64,000 nt of DNA, taken from positions 49,726,001-49,790,000 of the forward strand of contig NC_045707.1 in assembly GCF_009834535.1 (NCBI RefSeq), given 5' to 3'. Position numbers and translations under genes: made by a program. Below the pieces are notes generated by a model. The model did no database searches and was not told the origin of the DNA. It worked only from the letters and a program-made list of their open reading frames with translations. This stretch comes from Camelus ferus. Lineage: Eukaryota. Shown here piece after piece: positions 48,202 through 61,149 of this stretch (the first letter of the stretch is position 1; every line of letters begins with the position of its first letter).

Positions 48202-49257
48202 TGAAAATGCACATTTTGCTTGAATGGTCTGCAACTGGGCCTAGAATCCAAGTGAGTTTCCCCAGTTAATGTCTTATTCTGAAGTGTAGGATTCAGGCCC
48301 AATGTTCATCTCTGTTTCCTCCCCCTCTGATCAATATTGCCTTTCACTTAAATCCCAGACCACTACCACAACAGTGTTTCACCCCCTCAACAGTTTAGCC
48401 TCTGTGCTTCTGTCAGCATGCAGTCCATGAGAAGCTGCCAACATCCCCCTTTTGTGATTTATCAATTTATCTGACAATCAGGTCCTTGCAGCATTCCTCC
48501 AAAATCTACCTAACTGATAATATCTCTGAACTGTTGTATTAATACCAACATGTCTCCACTTGCAGAGTTCTAGTTGGAGGTGCCAGACACACATCTTCTT
48601 TGGCTACAGTGGAAGCATAAATTCAAAATATTTATAAAATTTTGCCTTATATTTGGGCTTAATCTATTTTAGCATCTGGCTCCATTGATAAGTAAAACTC
48701 CTAAGATGTTTCCTGCTAAATGATCTCTGTGTTTTGTTAAGTTTCCTAAGAACACCAAGAAACCATGACCTCTAAAAAGAAGTGGGGATGGGTGTGGCCA
48801 CCATATTTGCCATTCTTAGGGTGTTCATTCTCCAGTATTCATATCTTAGTGACATAGGCAAAAGTGTTATGCATTAATTGGACCCACCTGAATCAGGGGA
48901 TGTCTATGCGTAATTTTCCAACTCTGAAACTCAGCTCTCTGATCTTTAAAGTTAGAGTTTTTGCTAGAGAAAGCAAGAGGACAGACTAAGATTATTCATA
49001 AATATTGTGGAATGTTTGGTAGGCTGAGGGAAGCATGGGTAATGCAAGCGCCATACTAAATGTGAAACCACGTATATGGAAAAGAAAAGGGAAGTTTTCA
49101 GGGAGCTAAAATGCACCAGAATATAGAAACCACAGAAGCAGAACATGCTTCAGATGTCTGTGAATAGCAGAGTTAATGCCTGTATATCAGCAGACATGAA
49201 AAATTACAGAATAGATTATTTGACAAAATCGTTTCAGACTTCTATTATTTATCCAGT

Positions 49258-49335
49258 CTTCCTTCCTTCCTTTTCTTTTTCTTTTTCTTTCTTTCTTTTC
49301 CTTCTCTCTTCCTTTCTTCCTCTTTCTTCTTTTCT
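49258..49335 (+). repeat. Pyrimidine-rich (CTTC/CTTT)n low-complexity tract
   Basis: Direct read. Confidence 0.9.
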
Positions 49336-49769
49336 GTGATACAGGATTAGATAATAATTTGTTGATTTTAATCATTCTATATCTGTTCATGTTTCCCTTT
49401 CCTTGACTCTATGGGCACGAAAAATAGATTGGCTTTCTGATTACTAAATAGAAACTTTTTAAAATAAATGCAGAAATCTGGACCATATGATATTGGAGTC
49501 CAAAGTGAAAATCATAGCAAAGATATTTTTAAATTGTAATATGCCTCTATACAATACAGGATGTGATTTCTTATCCAAACTTGTCAAGATAATTAAATTA
49601 TGAATTTGCTATATTGCATACTTTTTAATCAAATAACTGAAATTATTTACCTGGCCATTTTAGATTTACAAAGAGGAAAGGAATTTATACCCTGGATACA
49701 GTTACTAGTACATGCTCAGTCCATTTCAGCTGACCAGCTGGCCTGTTAAAGGTCTCCCTCTCTCAGACA

Positions 49770-49975
49770 GCCCATGCAGCACAATGGAAAGGCTCTGAAC
49801 TGCAAGCCAGAAGATTGGGTATCAGCTCTGCAGTGTCCCTGGGAAAATCTCTCAGTCTTTATCACTCTCAGTTTTTTCATCTAGAAAAGAGGATAAAAAT
49901 ATCTTCTGGATTACTGAGAGAATAAGAGAAGACAGTACATGTGAAAGCATTTTGTAAATGCAAGGAATTCGTGTT
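49770..49975 (+). mobile_element. MIR SINE
   Basis: ccctgggaaaatctctcagtc..ctcagttttttcatctagaaaagaggataa..catgtgaaagcattttgtaaa. Confidence 0.7.
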
Positions 49976-51384
49976 ATAATTTTACTTAACTAGTAATTGA
50001 TATTCTCTTGCTTTAAAGCTCCATTTTCAGAAACTAAGGCAATTAGTTATGGCAGTTCCTATATGTCCCAAAGCTAATTTTGACATAAAAACATCAAGTT
50101 CAAAGGCCCAAATCATGTGTCCTGTCCTTAGGCCTGAAAATTGTTCATTGTTTCGTAAAGCCAAGGTCAGTCAGCTGGTGCCTCAGGATGGTATCAGCTC
50201 ACTAATGATACTCAGCTTTAGCTGGAGACCAGTTTTCCTCTGACCTCGATACTACAGTGTTTCAACTGTCACATGTTAAAAACCTGCAGGCTGGTTGATA
50301 AGAAAAATGAGGCAGGGTGCAAACACCTGGGGCTCAGCTACCCTAGTGAGGTTATGTCACTGTGGGGAGTTGGGAGGCATTTCAGCCACGGTTCTCATGT
50401 TTATTTAAATTGACTTTAGCCTTAAGGTAAACTATTAACCCATTTAAGGAGCAACCAAGTTAGAGTAGCACTGTAGTCAGTGATCAAAAGAGCCTACCAG
50501 CTACCTACTCCACAAATGAATATGTTGTCACTTTGTCACCCAGATATTCAATCTGGGAGAAGTTATTTCCCAGAAAGTGAAGCATCATCTTATGTTCGTC
50601 TGGTCTTTGGTGGATGAAAGGGTACAGCTCTACGGGAACACAACTGATAGAGTGGAACCTGCCTGACCATTTGCATCATGACAGCATTCTCATTGCCAGG
50701 AGTTAAAATTTCAGCTTTCGGTTTTCAGATATCGACACAGCAAGAAAGATTTCTATAAATGAGCTGATGCTTTTCCCTGCCTCTGCCACTTCACAGCCAC
50801 ATTGTATCTGGAAGCTGAGATATGGGCACAGGACTTTGGGTGTTTCCATTAGCAAGTTGGTTTGCACTGCTAGATGAAGATGTCTGGGGGAGTCCAGATC
50901 TCATTTACCATGAGGCTCCTTTGTGTTTTTCCACTTGCCTTCTGTATTGTATAACACAACAAAGTTAAATAGCATAGATTCCCAGGTTGACGGCTGGCAA
51001 TAAGCTAGACCAACTCTACAAGAAGTCAAGCAGTGGAGAAGCAGAAATTTTAATAAAATCCAGGGAGCAGGGGTAGGAGATCCTATGTTTTAATTAGTTC
51101 TACCGCTTTCAGGCTCCTGATATTTGTACAATTATCCTCTGCTTCGTTAGTGTGAGCTTGTTCAAGTAAAACAACAATTAATACAATTTTGGATGGCCCT
51201 TCCCAAAAATTTTTAAAAAATCTGCAAGCAGAACTATGACATCATTTTATCAAAGCCATTTTTTAATCCAGTAATTTTATTCGTAAAATAAAATGATTAA
51301 ATTTTTCCCCTAAGTGTTTTTTTTCTCTTCTTCCTATTTATTCTTTGGAAACTGCACAAATAGAAAAGGAAGGTCAAATAGATG

Positions 51385-51705
51385 GCATATACAAATGAGA
51401 TGTAGGTCAAAGAGCACAAACTCTCAGGTATAGGTGAGTAAGTTCTTAAGATCTAATGCACAGCATGGTGACTATAGTTAATAACGTGATATTGTATACT
51501 TGAAAGGGAAGTTGCCAAGAATAGATCTTCACCTTTCTCACTACAAAAAAAAAAAAAAAAAAAAAATTACCTATGTAAGATGATTGGTATGTTAATTATA
51601 TTGATGTTGGTAATCATTCTGCAATGTATATGTATGTCAAATTATCATGTTGTACACTTTAACTATATACAATGACATTGGTCAATTATTTTTTAATAAA
51701 ACTGG
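51385..51705 (+). mobile_element. L1MA-type 3' end with an expanded internal A-run
   Basis: gatctaatgcacagcatggtgactatagttaataac..tcatgttgtacactttaactatatacaat..aataaaactgggg. Confidence 0.85.
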
Positions 51706-53189
51706 GGGTCGGGGAACAATACAGCTAATCTCTCAATATTAAAGCTCTGGCTATAATGAGGATTCCACAGAATTGCTTATGAAATCTATTGCAAATTCCT
51801 TTTATATCTATCTTTACTATAAGTATATTAGGCCTTAAAACATTTCAAGTAAGATTCTAGATGTTGCTTGTCTTCTAACTAATGAATTTATTTAACATCA
51901 TTGTCTAGTTTTGATGGTCCCTCCCATTCAGGAGAAACACAGCAGTGACAATTCTGCTCTGGTGCATTGTGCTACTAGTTGGCCTCAATCCTGACCTAGA
52001 AGGAACATCTTCAAAGCTAAAAATTAATTTAGAGTCTGTTCCAGGTCAGTCCTTGGCATCTTTGTTGAGAAGACCTATTAATGCCAGCCTCAACAGAAAT
52101 AAACACAAGCCCATTAGGAACTGGACTAAGACCATCAATCATTTAACATAAGACAAATAGCAAAGCTTGTCAAATCATGAACCAACCAACTCAAAACGGA
52201 GTACAAATAGCTATTCCAAAATGTTATAGTAGGTAATATCACATTAAAAGGTATAGAGTTTACACATGACCAACAAATTAATATACTATTAAAATAGCAT
52301 ACTAGAAAACTCTAAATGTAATGATCTCATGATGCAGTCTAAGCCAAAGGTGCTTCAAAGTGATGTGTTATAATTTAGGACATTTCACTACAAATTATCC
52401 TTTGTACCTGGCACAATTTAAGATACAAAGGTGCATTTCTGGGTTACAGTGAAATTTTTATTATCCTAAAAATAGCTGAAAAATACTAAAACGTGACTAT
52501 TAATCTACTGGCTCAGTTTTTAAAACACATTCAAATATCTCCACAAATGGAGAGCCTTAGAGAGTTATCAAGTAGGTACAGAATTTTCTTGACAGCAAAT
52601 TCTTGTAGAGTGAAACCAGTTTATACTTATTTTTACCATCTAAAGTAACTAAAAATTTAAACTAGTAAACTATATTATAAATCATATTGAAAAGCATGCC
52701 CTTGATGGTTTATATATAAATATTTTAGACATATTTTTGCATCCATAGCAGAACTGAATTAGAAGGCTACTTTTCCAGGGTCTGTCCACCGTAAAGGTCA
52801 GGTCCAGACTGAAAAAATCTGTCTCATGTAGCTTACAGAAAAGGAGATTCATGTTTTCACCTGGGCAAGTGTTGCTTCTGCTACAAGTCATGTTAATGCT
52901 TCAACAGCAAGAGTAAGTAATGAGGGGAATGAAGCCAGGACTGGGCAGGGACAAAGCTGGGAGAAACTGACCCAGCTGTAGGACTGGTGCCCAAGGAGGT
53001 AGTCTGCAGTCAAATAACCAGTCCAAAAGGGCACAGTGATCCCCTAGCTTGGTTGCAGCAGTCATCAGTGTCTGAGATCCACTGAGCAGATACGTTTTGA
53101 CAAAATGAGGTTTCTGGCACCAGGTGATCTGCCAAGATAGATTCAGTTGTCACTATCAAACTGGTGTCAGCCAGAGTCCTAGAATAGGA

Positions 53190-53625
53190 AGCATCCATCA
53201 CACTCAGGAAAATTCAGGGAAGTTCAATTAAGGGACTGTTTCTAAGGTTGTAGGTTGAAATCACAAGGGAAAATGCAATGCGTCAGTACCCACCTAGGCT
53301 GTAACCATCCCTAGACCAGAAGGAGTGAGGAGTGAAAGCAGTTCCTAGAATCTGGAAGCAGAGGACCACCTGGAGCAGAGCTCTGATCTTCAGAAGAAGG
53401 AGGTGGGCAGCTCAAGGTAACCCCAGAGGTGAGAAGCTAGTGATACAATACCTCTGTCTCACCCAGACACTCCCTGGGATCTCCAGTCAGGACTCCCCCA
53501 TTGGCCAAACCCAGCTGGAGCCAGAAAGTAAGGGTTAGTGGGCACATATGGGCCAGTATAGAGAAGGGAGGGAGAAAACAAGGTGGAGAGAGGTCTGGCA
53601 GGGCAGACAGAAGAATGGTGGTGCA
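53190..53625 (-). mobile_element. ERVL LTR33/LTR41-like solo LTR (copy 1)
   Basis: ggactcccccattggccaaacccagctggagccagaaagtaaggg..ggtggagagaggtctggcagggcagacagaagaat. Confidence 0.6.
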
Positions 53626-54039
53626 AACAGCATCCATCAAAATATGTGGGGGTCTGGGGACAAGGGTCCAGCATCTGGGGAAAGGGGCCAGCAGAGTGAA
53701 GCAGAATATTAGAGCCCTCGTCAAAAAAGAAATTGGGTCAGAAGAGGACTCTGCCCTGGTAGGAAGTCAATGTTAAGCAGCAAACCAAGGCAGAAGTCCG
53801 CAGAAGTCACACGTTGTGCTAGAGTTGTGAGAGTAAGAAGTCCCCAGGCAAGCTGGAGGACTGGCTGCGGAGCAGAAAAGCTCATCTTTGATGTAATTCA
53901 CTGAAGCCTTTAGCATCAAATGTACTTTCTGCCCAGGTCAGATTGACAGAAGGACAAGCCAGGATTGAGATCAGTGTAGACCAGCATATCTGCAACTAAG
54001 AGAAAATGGGAAAGAAAAGTACGAATGCCACAGGAGGCT

Positions 54040-54500
54040 GTATCATGAAGGCCCTTGCAGGAAACATATGACACATTCAAATTGAGAAACATAAGGAGAG
54101 TCCACAAAGGTGTGGGGAAGAATGTGGGAAATGTAGAGAAACTGCAAGGGATGTGTGCTACACCCCTAGGCTTGGGACAGCAGGGGGAAGGGGCAGTTAC
54201 AAAACCCAGAGCTGCAGGCTGAGAAGTGCCCTGCCCTTCAGCTGAGGAATATCACCTGTCCTTGGGGGCATAGGGGAACCTATGGGGCAGAAACCAAGGG
54301 GACATATCCCTGGACTCACTCTCTCACTCTCCACTCTCTTCATATCTCCTGCAGGACCCCCCCCCCCCATTAGCCAAACCCACCCAGAAACCAGAGGACC
54401 AGGCTAATACGGTCCACACAGTTCAATGTTGTAGGCCACAAAGAAGGATGCAGAAGGTTGGGATGGGGACATGGCCAAGCTAATCAGAGTTATCCAGCAC
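54040..54500 (-). mobile_element. ERVL LTR33/LTR41-like solo LTR (copy 2)
   Basis: caggaaacatatgacacattcaaattg..cccattagccaaacccacccagaaaccagagg..tatccagcac. Confidence 0.6.
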
Positions 54501-54539
54501 GGGCTATTGTGCCCCCCTGGTGAAAAATAATGAGATTCT

Positions 54540-55230
54540 TCTCATGAGATACTCATTCATTAAAAGGAAAAAATAGTAATTTTACAGTAAAGAAACTGGC
54601 AGACTCCACCTTGACTGGATGATCAAGTTGACATCACCGGTAATGGGTCAGATTGATAGTATGTTCCTCCCCATGTGATTCACTGAGAAATCCATACCTG
54701 AGTCTGATCATGAAGAATCATCAGATAAACCCAGACTGGGGGCCAGTCTATGAAATAATTAGCCCATCCTCTTCAAAAATGCCTATGTCATGAAGACAAA
54801 TGCTGAGGAATCGTTCCCAGTGAAAGAAGGCTGAAGAGGCATGACAGCTGAGTGCAGCACACGACTCCGGGTTTTCTTCTGCTGCAAGGATATTATGAGA
54901 CAAACTGTGAAATCCGAATTAGGTCTGTAAGTCAGATAACACTGATATCGATGTTAATTTCCTAATTTTGATTCTTGTACTGCAGTTATGTAATAAAGAG
55001 CCCTTGTTTTTAAAAATACACAATGAGGTGTTGGAGGGGTGAGTAAAGATGCCTCATGTCTACTCTAAAACAGTTCAGGGAAAAATAGAGAGAAAGAAAA
55101 GAAAGAAAACAAATATCATAAAACATTAACATGTGGGAATTTGGGTGAAGGGTATGTGGAAGTTCTTTCACTATTTTTGCCATTTTTCTTTAAGTAGGAA
55201 ATTATGTCAAAATAAAGGTAAAGATAAAAA
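54540..55230 (+). mobile_element. L1MC-type 3' UTR
   Basis: agtaattttacagtaaagaaactggcagactccacctt..gatcaagttgacatcacc..atcgatgttaatttcct..gggtgaagggtatgtggaagttcttt. Confidence 0.8.
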
Positions 55231-57177
55231 TGATGGGTGCTTGAACTGGTGCAACAGCAGTGGGGCTAGAGATCAAGGGATATAAAAGAACAATGCGGGA
55301 GGTAAAATGGATAAAATTTAAGTGATGGGTTATGTATGAGGGGTCCACAGTGAACGTAAGACTATGGTTTTGTAGTAGTGCAGCTGTCATCATTTTGGTA
55401 CTCTTAGAGTGAACTGCTAAGTTCTCTGAATAATATTTTAAATGTGCCCTGGCTAAAGAATCCTAATACCTATTTCTGTAATTTTTTATATTTCTCTTGG
55501 ATGGACACAGTCAATAAATATTAGTAGATTCAGAATAAGATCCTAAATATCCACATCATCAGTAGTAATAAGAGTTTAATTCTTTGCCCCTGAAAAGCAA
55601 GCAGTTGTGGATTTACCCAACGAGGGACAAAAGAATGCCCCTGGCAAATCGTTCCCACTTCTCCAGTCTTCCCTGAGATAGAGAGCTAATTAGACCTCTT
55701 TCAAAGCATCATGAGAACGATTAGAACTCAAAGGTAACTCAGACCTCTGAGAGTTGTTATCTGGAACTGATGTGGGAAGCAAGTTGTGAAAGAGAGCATT
55801 CCAAAGTCTCTACTCTTGTGGAAAACTTTTTTTTTTCCAGCACAAAGTTGAAACAGAAAATCATGTCTCATAGGCTTCCATCAATCTCGGATAGTCACCA
55901 GTATGAGAAATGAGCACCATTTCCCTGATCCTCCCATGTGTCCTATATCAGGGAACACAGTCCAGTTTGTTTAAGGCACGGTCTAGTCAAACGTGTACCA
56001 AACCCTTACCGTTAGCATCAGCCTTCTAGTCAGTGTCAGCTTTATGGGTAGATATAACCCACACTTTGCAGGAAATAAGAGACTTAAGGATATAGCTTTT
56101 CTGTTGTATTTCTTAAAACAGTGTCAGTTTTGTGGGACTAACTGTGAATATGGATTTAATGCTTCTTGAATATGAGTTATATCTGTTTCTATTACTCTCA
56201 GCACTAGTGAGATGTTGGTTATCACTAAAATACCTAAATGTTGGTGGATTCTATTGAACAACCAGCCATTAGTGCCAGGAAGATTAGCTCCACCCACATT
56301 CAGCTCCTGGGCAGAGAAGGGAATGATGTTGAGGTGAAATAGGCAACTGGTCACTACTTGATGTTCTGAGAAGCTTCAGGAAGGCATCTTTACCCGTAAA
56401 TTCTGCAGTGTTACTGTTAGAAATCCCTTCCTTTGAAATAACAACACCTACGAAGGTCTCCATTAAAATGCAGATACCCTTAAGGTATGTCAATAATACA
56501 GAAGGGTAAATTAGTTTATTAAATATTGTAAAAGATGTGGATAACATAAGAGGATTTTCAGGTCTGGGAGTGGAAGATTTTGAAATGGAGGAAAGGATGA
56601 GAATAGGGAAGTGCAAAGTTTTAGAAAAAAAGGAAAATCTGCCTACTTCACAGCTTTCCCTATGGCCAGCCCTGAAACTAAGGTCATGAGTGTATGAGTG
56701 TGTTTTCTTCAACTTTGTCCAGTCAAGACATTTTTTTCCAAGGCTACAGTCTACATCCCCAAACTTAGACAACCACACTGTATCGGAATAAGAGTTGAGG
56801 AAGCGGTGCAGAAACTTAAATAATAACTGGAATTTCAGGGACACGTGCCTTTAACTGTGGGGAGTAGCATCAAAATCATTAAGTAATCGAGAATATTTGT
56901 TTACTTTCCCTATTCTCTTACATTCTTGTGACCTGTCATTTCTAGCCTTCTCTCTCTGCCAAAAACAAAGTTTTGTTCTGACTACATGAAAGAACATCAC
57001 TGAACTCTGAGGCTGTTTGGAAGAATATGTCCAAACACGGGGCTGAACGTCTTCAATTAATTTTCAAAGAACGTTTTCTTCTATAGAGATATGTTTGGGA
57101 TTTCAGGATTCAAAGCATGGTACCTTAAGTCTCATTTTCAAACTAAGATTTCCTCTTTAATTTTTCTCTTTACACAG

Positions 57178-57266
57178 AGCGTGCACATAGTAGACAGCTC
57201 CTTGGGACCTGTGTCTGATCAGAGCCCACAGTTCAGCAGGAGGGATCTTCCAGCCAAGATCTAAAG
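57178..57266 (+). other. Candidate 89-nt exon, stops in all frames (non-coding/UTR if real)
   Basis: Acceptor ttcctctttaatttttctctttacacag; donor AAG|gtaaat. Confidence 0.2.
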
Positions 57267-57829
57267 GTAAATTGTGCACCTTCTCGTGAACACCACTCTG
57301 GATAATGGCTTCTATTTAATCACTACAAGTGCTGCATCTCCTTCTCTCTGATAACTTCTGTTTTAATTTTCTTCTTTAGTGATCAAAAAAGAGCAAAGAA
57401 AAACTTACAATATTTTCTCCTAGTATTTTGTCATAGGAATTATGTTTCTGAACGTTTCCCACCCTGGCTCAGGGCAGATAAACCCTTAACAATATGTCTT
57501 ACCTGAAACAAACATAATGTTACATGTCAATTATAACCCAATTTTTAAAAATAATTTTTTTAATTGTAAAAATGTTTAAAAGACATATAAATCTGATAAA
57601 ATCCAACAGGCTAGAATTTCTGGTTAGGTCCCATGTATGTAAAATGTCATGACTCTATATAGTCACAGGACAGAAGAAATTATATTGTATATGTTGAACA
57701 TCTTGCACAGAATAGATGCTCAGTAAACAGTGGCTATTATTTCTAAGACTGTCATTTCAAAGCCTGGTGATTCAAGAGCAGGATAGAGCCTGATAATGCT
57801 GAGAGCATCAGTGGTACCAATTAGCTTGT

Positions 57830-58600
57830 GTATGCTGCTTTATAATTTCCAATGCATTTTTATACATGTTATGACACAGCAGCGCTGCAAGATAGGTGGC
57901 TAATGTTATTGTATTCATTTTTTATTGCTGCATAACAAATTACCACAAATTTAGTGAATTAAAGGACACAAATTTATTATGTTATTATGGTTTTATAGGT
58001 CAGAATTCCAACAAGGGTCTCACCAGGCCAAAATTGAGGTGTCGGCAGGGCTGTGTTTCCTTCTAGAGTCTTGAGAGGAGAGTTCGATTCCTTGCTTAGC
58101 AGAATTTAGTTCCTTGCAGTTGTAGGACTTAGGTCCCCATTTCCTTGGCTCACGGCTTCTTGCCTCCATCAAAGCCAGCAACGTTAGGGTGAATCCCACT
58201 TATCTTTCAAATCTCTCCTGCGCCATCTGTCACAACATCTTTCTGATTTCAGAGAGGAGAAGTTTCCCAGTTTTAAGTATTTGTGTGACTAGATTGGGCC
58301 CAGTTGAATAACCAAAGAAAACGCCCCATCTCAAGGTGTATATCTTTAATCACACACGCAAAGCCCCATTTATCGTGTAACATAACACATTCAGAGGTTC
58401 TAGGGGTTAAGACATGGACATCTTGGGGGGGTTCATTAATTTTCCTCCCACTGTTACCATTATCCACATTTTACAGATAATAATAATGCAAATCACAGAA
58501 TATAAGAGACTTGGAAAGGACACATAGTAAGCAGCAAAGAATGTTCTCAGATCCAAACTTGTTTTACTCCAAACCCAAATCAGTGTTCTTCCAGCAGACA
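57830..58600 (-). mobile_element. MIR split by an MLT1 LTR insertion
   Basis: Left piece gcattttta..gataggtggctaatgttat; right piece tatccacattttacagataa..gacttggaaaggacacatag. Confidence 0.6.
57910..58456 (-). mobile_element. MaLR solo LTR (MLT1D/E-like), full length
   Basis: tgtattcatttttattgctgcataacaaattaccacaaatttagtg..aggtgtcggcagggctgtg..aggttctaggggttaagacatggacatcttgggggg. Confidence 0.9.
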
Positions 58601-59278
58601 ATTTGTTTCCTGAAAGGCAACTCAGCAATTTTTTTCTCTTGCATCTTCCCTCCCTCCCCGCCCACATTTAAACCCATACTTCCATTAACTATATTTATGG
58701 CTGACATTCTTCAAGCATTAATGCATTTTCCAAAGCTTCCACAAAGAAGCTGAAGTTTAGTTGCAATTCTACTGGTTTTGCGGTAATTTCTTCCAAGGCT
58801 TATACCACTGAAAGTACTGAAAGTGTTATTTGCCAACAATTGGATACTTTCAGCTAGAGCTATAAAGAAAATTTATTTCCTGATGGGTTGAGTGCTAGAA
58901 GAAGTTCATAGCAGGGTACATGTAGGTTATCTCACAATTTTTCTCAAAAGATGTACTTAACAATTTGATACCGAAATGCTCAATATTCCTTTGAGACAGG
59001 ACTGGCCACCTTGTATTTCCTAGAAAATATTTCCAGCTTCCTTTCTTGTTACCAGGACTTAGAAACATAATTTAAATTTATTTTCATGTGATTTCAGTCA
59101 ACCAGTAGGTGTTTATTAAACCCATTAATAAACACAAAATGTCAGGAGGCAATTCAAGGGAATATGTGATTAAATGGAAAATTGTGGAGCCCTCACTACT
59201 CTGAAAGCAATCCTGTTTCTGAAGTACAAGGAGGCTGTTCTGATTAGAAGCAGAAAATACTCTTTAAAGAAAGATGGA

Positions 59279-59439
59279 TGAGAGTGGTATATAGCTCAGT
59301 GGTAGAGTGTGTGCTTAGCATGCGCGAAGTCCTAGGTTCAGTACACTCCATTTAAATAAGTAAAGAAAGAAAGAAAAAGCAAGCAAGCAAGCAAGCAAGC
59401 AAGCTAATTACCTCTCCCCCAGTGGAGGGGGGTTAGAAA
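59279..59439 (+). mobile_element. Vic-1-type camelid tRNA-derived SINE with 13-bp TSD
   Basis: tatagctcagtggtagagtgtgtgcttagcatgcgcgaagtcctaggttca..ctccatttaaataag..ctaattacctctccccc. TSD aaagaaagatgga (59266-59278) / aaagaaggatgga (59440-59452), preceded by TTT (L1 endonuclease TT/AAAA-like site). Confidence 0.88.
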
Positions 59440-59849
59440 AAAGAAGGATGGACAATAAGTTTAGGTTGGTTGTATACAGAAATATAGAGAATGGTAAAAG
59501 GTTGGCCACAATCAGTCATATACTAGAATAACAATAAAATGAGTATTTTTATCCAAAAAGTCTTGAAAAGTAAACGTCATCAGCTTATACATTTTGAAAT
59601 AAATTACGCACTTTTATAAATTGCAAATCAATTTATAAATCAATTAAATCAATAAAACTCATTTTAAAAATGCCAGGCCATGGAGTAGATGCAGCACAAA
59701 ACAGAGACATTAAAAATGTTAAAGAAAAAAGTGAAATTTAAGAAAAATTAGTCTGACAGCAGTACGCAATCTGAACTGTAAGTGGAAGGATATAAAGAGA
59801 AGTAAACAGCCAGATGCTTTCCAGCCGTCTAAGTCTGTGATTATGAAGA

Positions 59850-60100
59850 CAGTGGCATCTAAGAGCTGATTGGCTCTGGGGTCAGACAAACACTGGTTTA
59901 AATCCCAGCCCTTCTTTTACCAGCTATTTGTCTTTGGACAAGACGCTTGATTAAGACTCAATCTTATCTTCTATAAAATGGAGATGATAATATTGTCCAC
60001 CTCGTGGGACTGTGACGAGAATTAAATGAGATGATATATAAGAAGCACACAGAATCCGGCACATAGAAAACACTCAAAACTTTTAACTGTCAGTATAATC
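59850..60100 (+). mobile_element. MIR SINE (near full length)
   Basis: ggctctggggtcagacaaacactggtttaaatcccagcc..ctataaaatggagatgataata..gagaattaaatgagatgata. Confidence 0.85.
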
Positions 60101-60354
60101 ATGATTGTTAAGAATGGTGGCAATGGAAATGGAAAGACAAGGGACAAGGGTCACTTTGAAGACAATGTGATTAGGACACAGTAAATGTCTCCAGACTTTC
60201 TAACTGGTCACTGAAACTTACTTGTTTAGGAAGTTGGTGGAGTCTAAAACCTTGCCTGATGTAGTCTGTCATGCCAGATATGTCACCCAAATCAGTTCTG
60301 TCCACATAGGGCAAAATATGGTCAGGAACATATTGTGAAGATTTCAGATTTAAC

Positions 60355-60582
60355 ATCATTGTCCAACAGAACTTTTTACAGTGAAGGAAATATTCTACAT
60401 TGGAACTGTCCAGTATCATAGACACCAGCCACGTGTGGTTATTGAGCCCCTGAAGTGTGGCAAGTACAACTAAGGAGCTGTTTTTTTTAATTAATTTCAT
60501 CATATTAATTAACATATTTAATTTTGATTAAATGTGAATGGCCACATGTGGCTAGTGGCTGCTTCTCTAGACACTTGTACAG
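60355..60582 (+). mobile_element. MER3 hAT-Charlie MITE
   Basis: tgtccaacagaactttttacagtgaaggaaatattcta..ccagccacgtgtggttattgagc..gccacatgtggctagtggct. Confidence 0.85.
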
Positions 60583-61149
60583 CTGCTATCATATCCAAGA
60601 AGGTCAGGATGTAAACCCTGAGTGCAGATGCAGCCAGTATTGCTGGCTGGTGGCTGTGAGTACAGAAGATGTGCTCATAGGATCTCTCCCAAAGTAGAAG
60701 CAGATTAGAACAGAAGCTGAGATCACGACCACCTCTGAAGCAGAGAGTCCAATTCTTCATTTTACAATCCAAGGCTAACTTTGGATATGTTTACATTATC
60801 CAATAGTTTACATAAATCTGAAGGGTGAATAGAGAAAAGGAAGTGAGTTAGGAGGTAAGAAAATAAGATGGGAGACACTGAAGACAGAAGTCCATCATCT
60901 AGTCAGGAAGGAGTTAGGGTCCATCTGTTGCTCTCAGTCTCTGTGCACAAGTGGAGCTTGAGATGGAGGAGAAAGGAAGTAGTTTAATTTCACTTCTTCT
61001 TTTTGCCGTCTCCACCTATTCTTCTATTTCACTTCCAGTTTTAACCATTCAACTGACTGCTTCCCTCCTCTGTCTTATTCCACAGTAGTGACAGCACAGA
61101 GAAATACATAAGCATTCTGGGAAGCTCCTTTTGTCTTTCATAATTGAAG

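Noticed and set aside
56284..56844. 186-aa minus-strand ORF
   Set aside because: Non-ATG start, S/L/F-rich composition typical of random AT-rich frames, and no recognisable domain.
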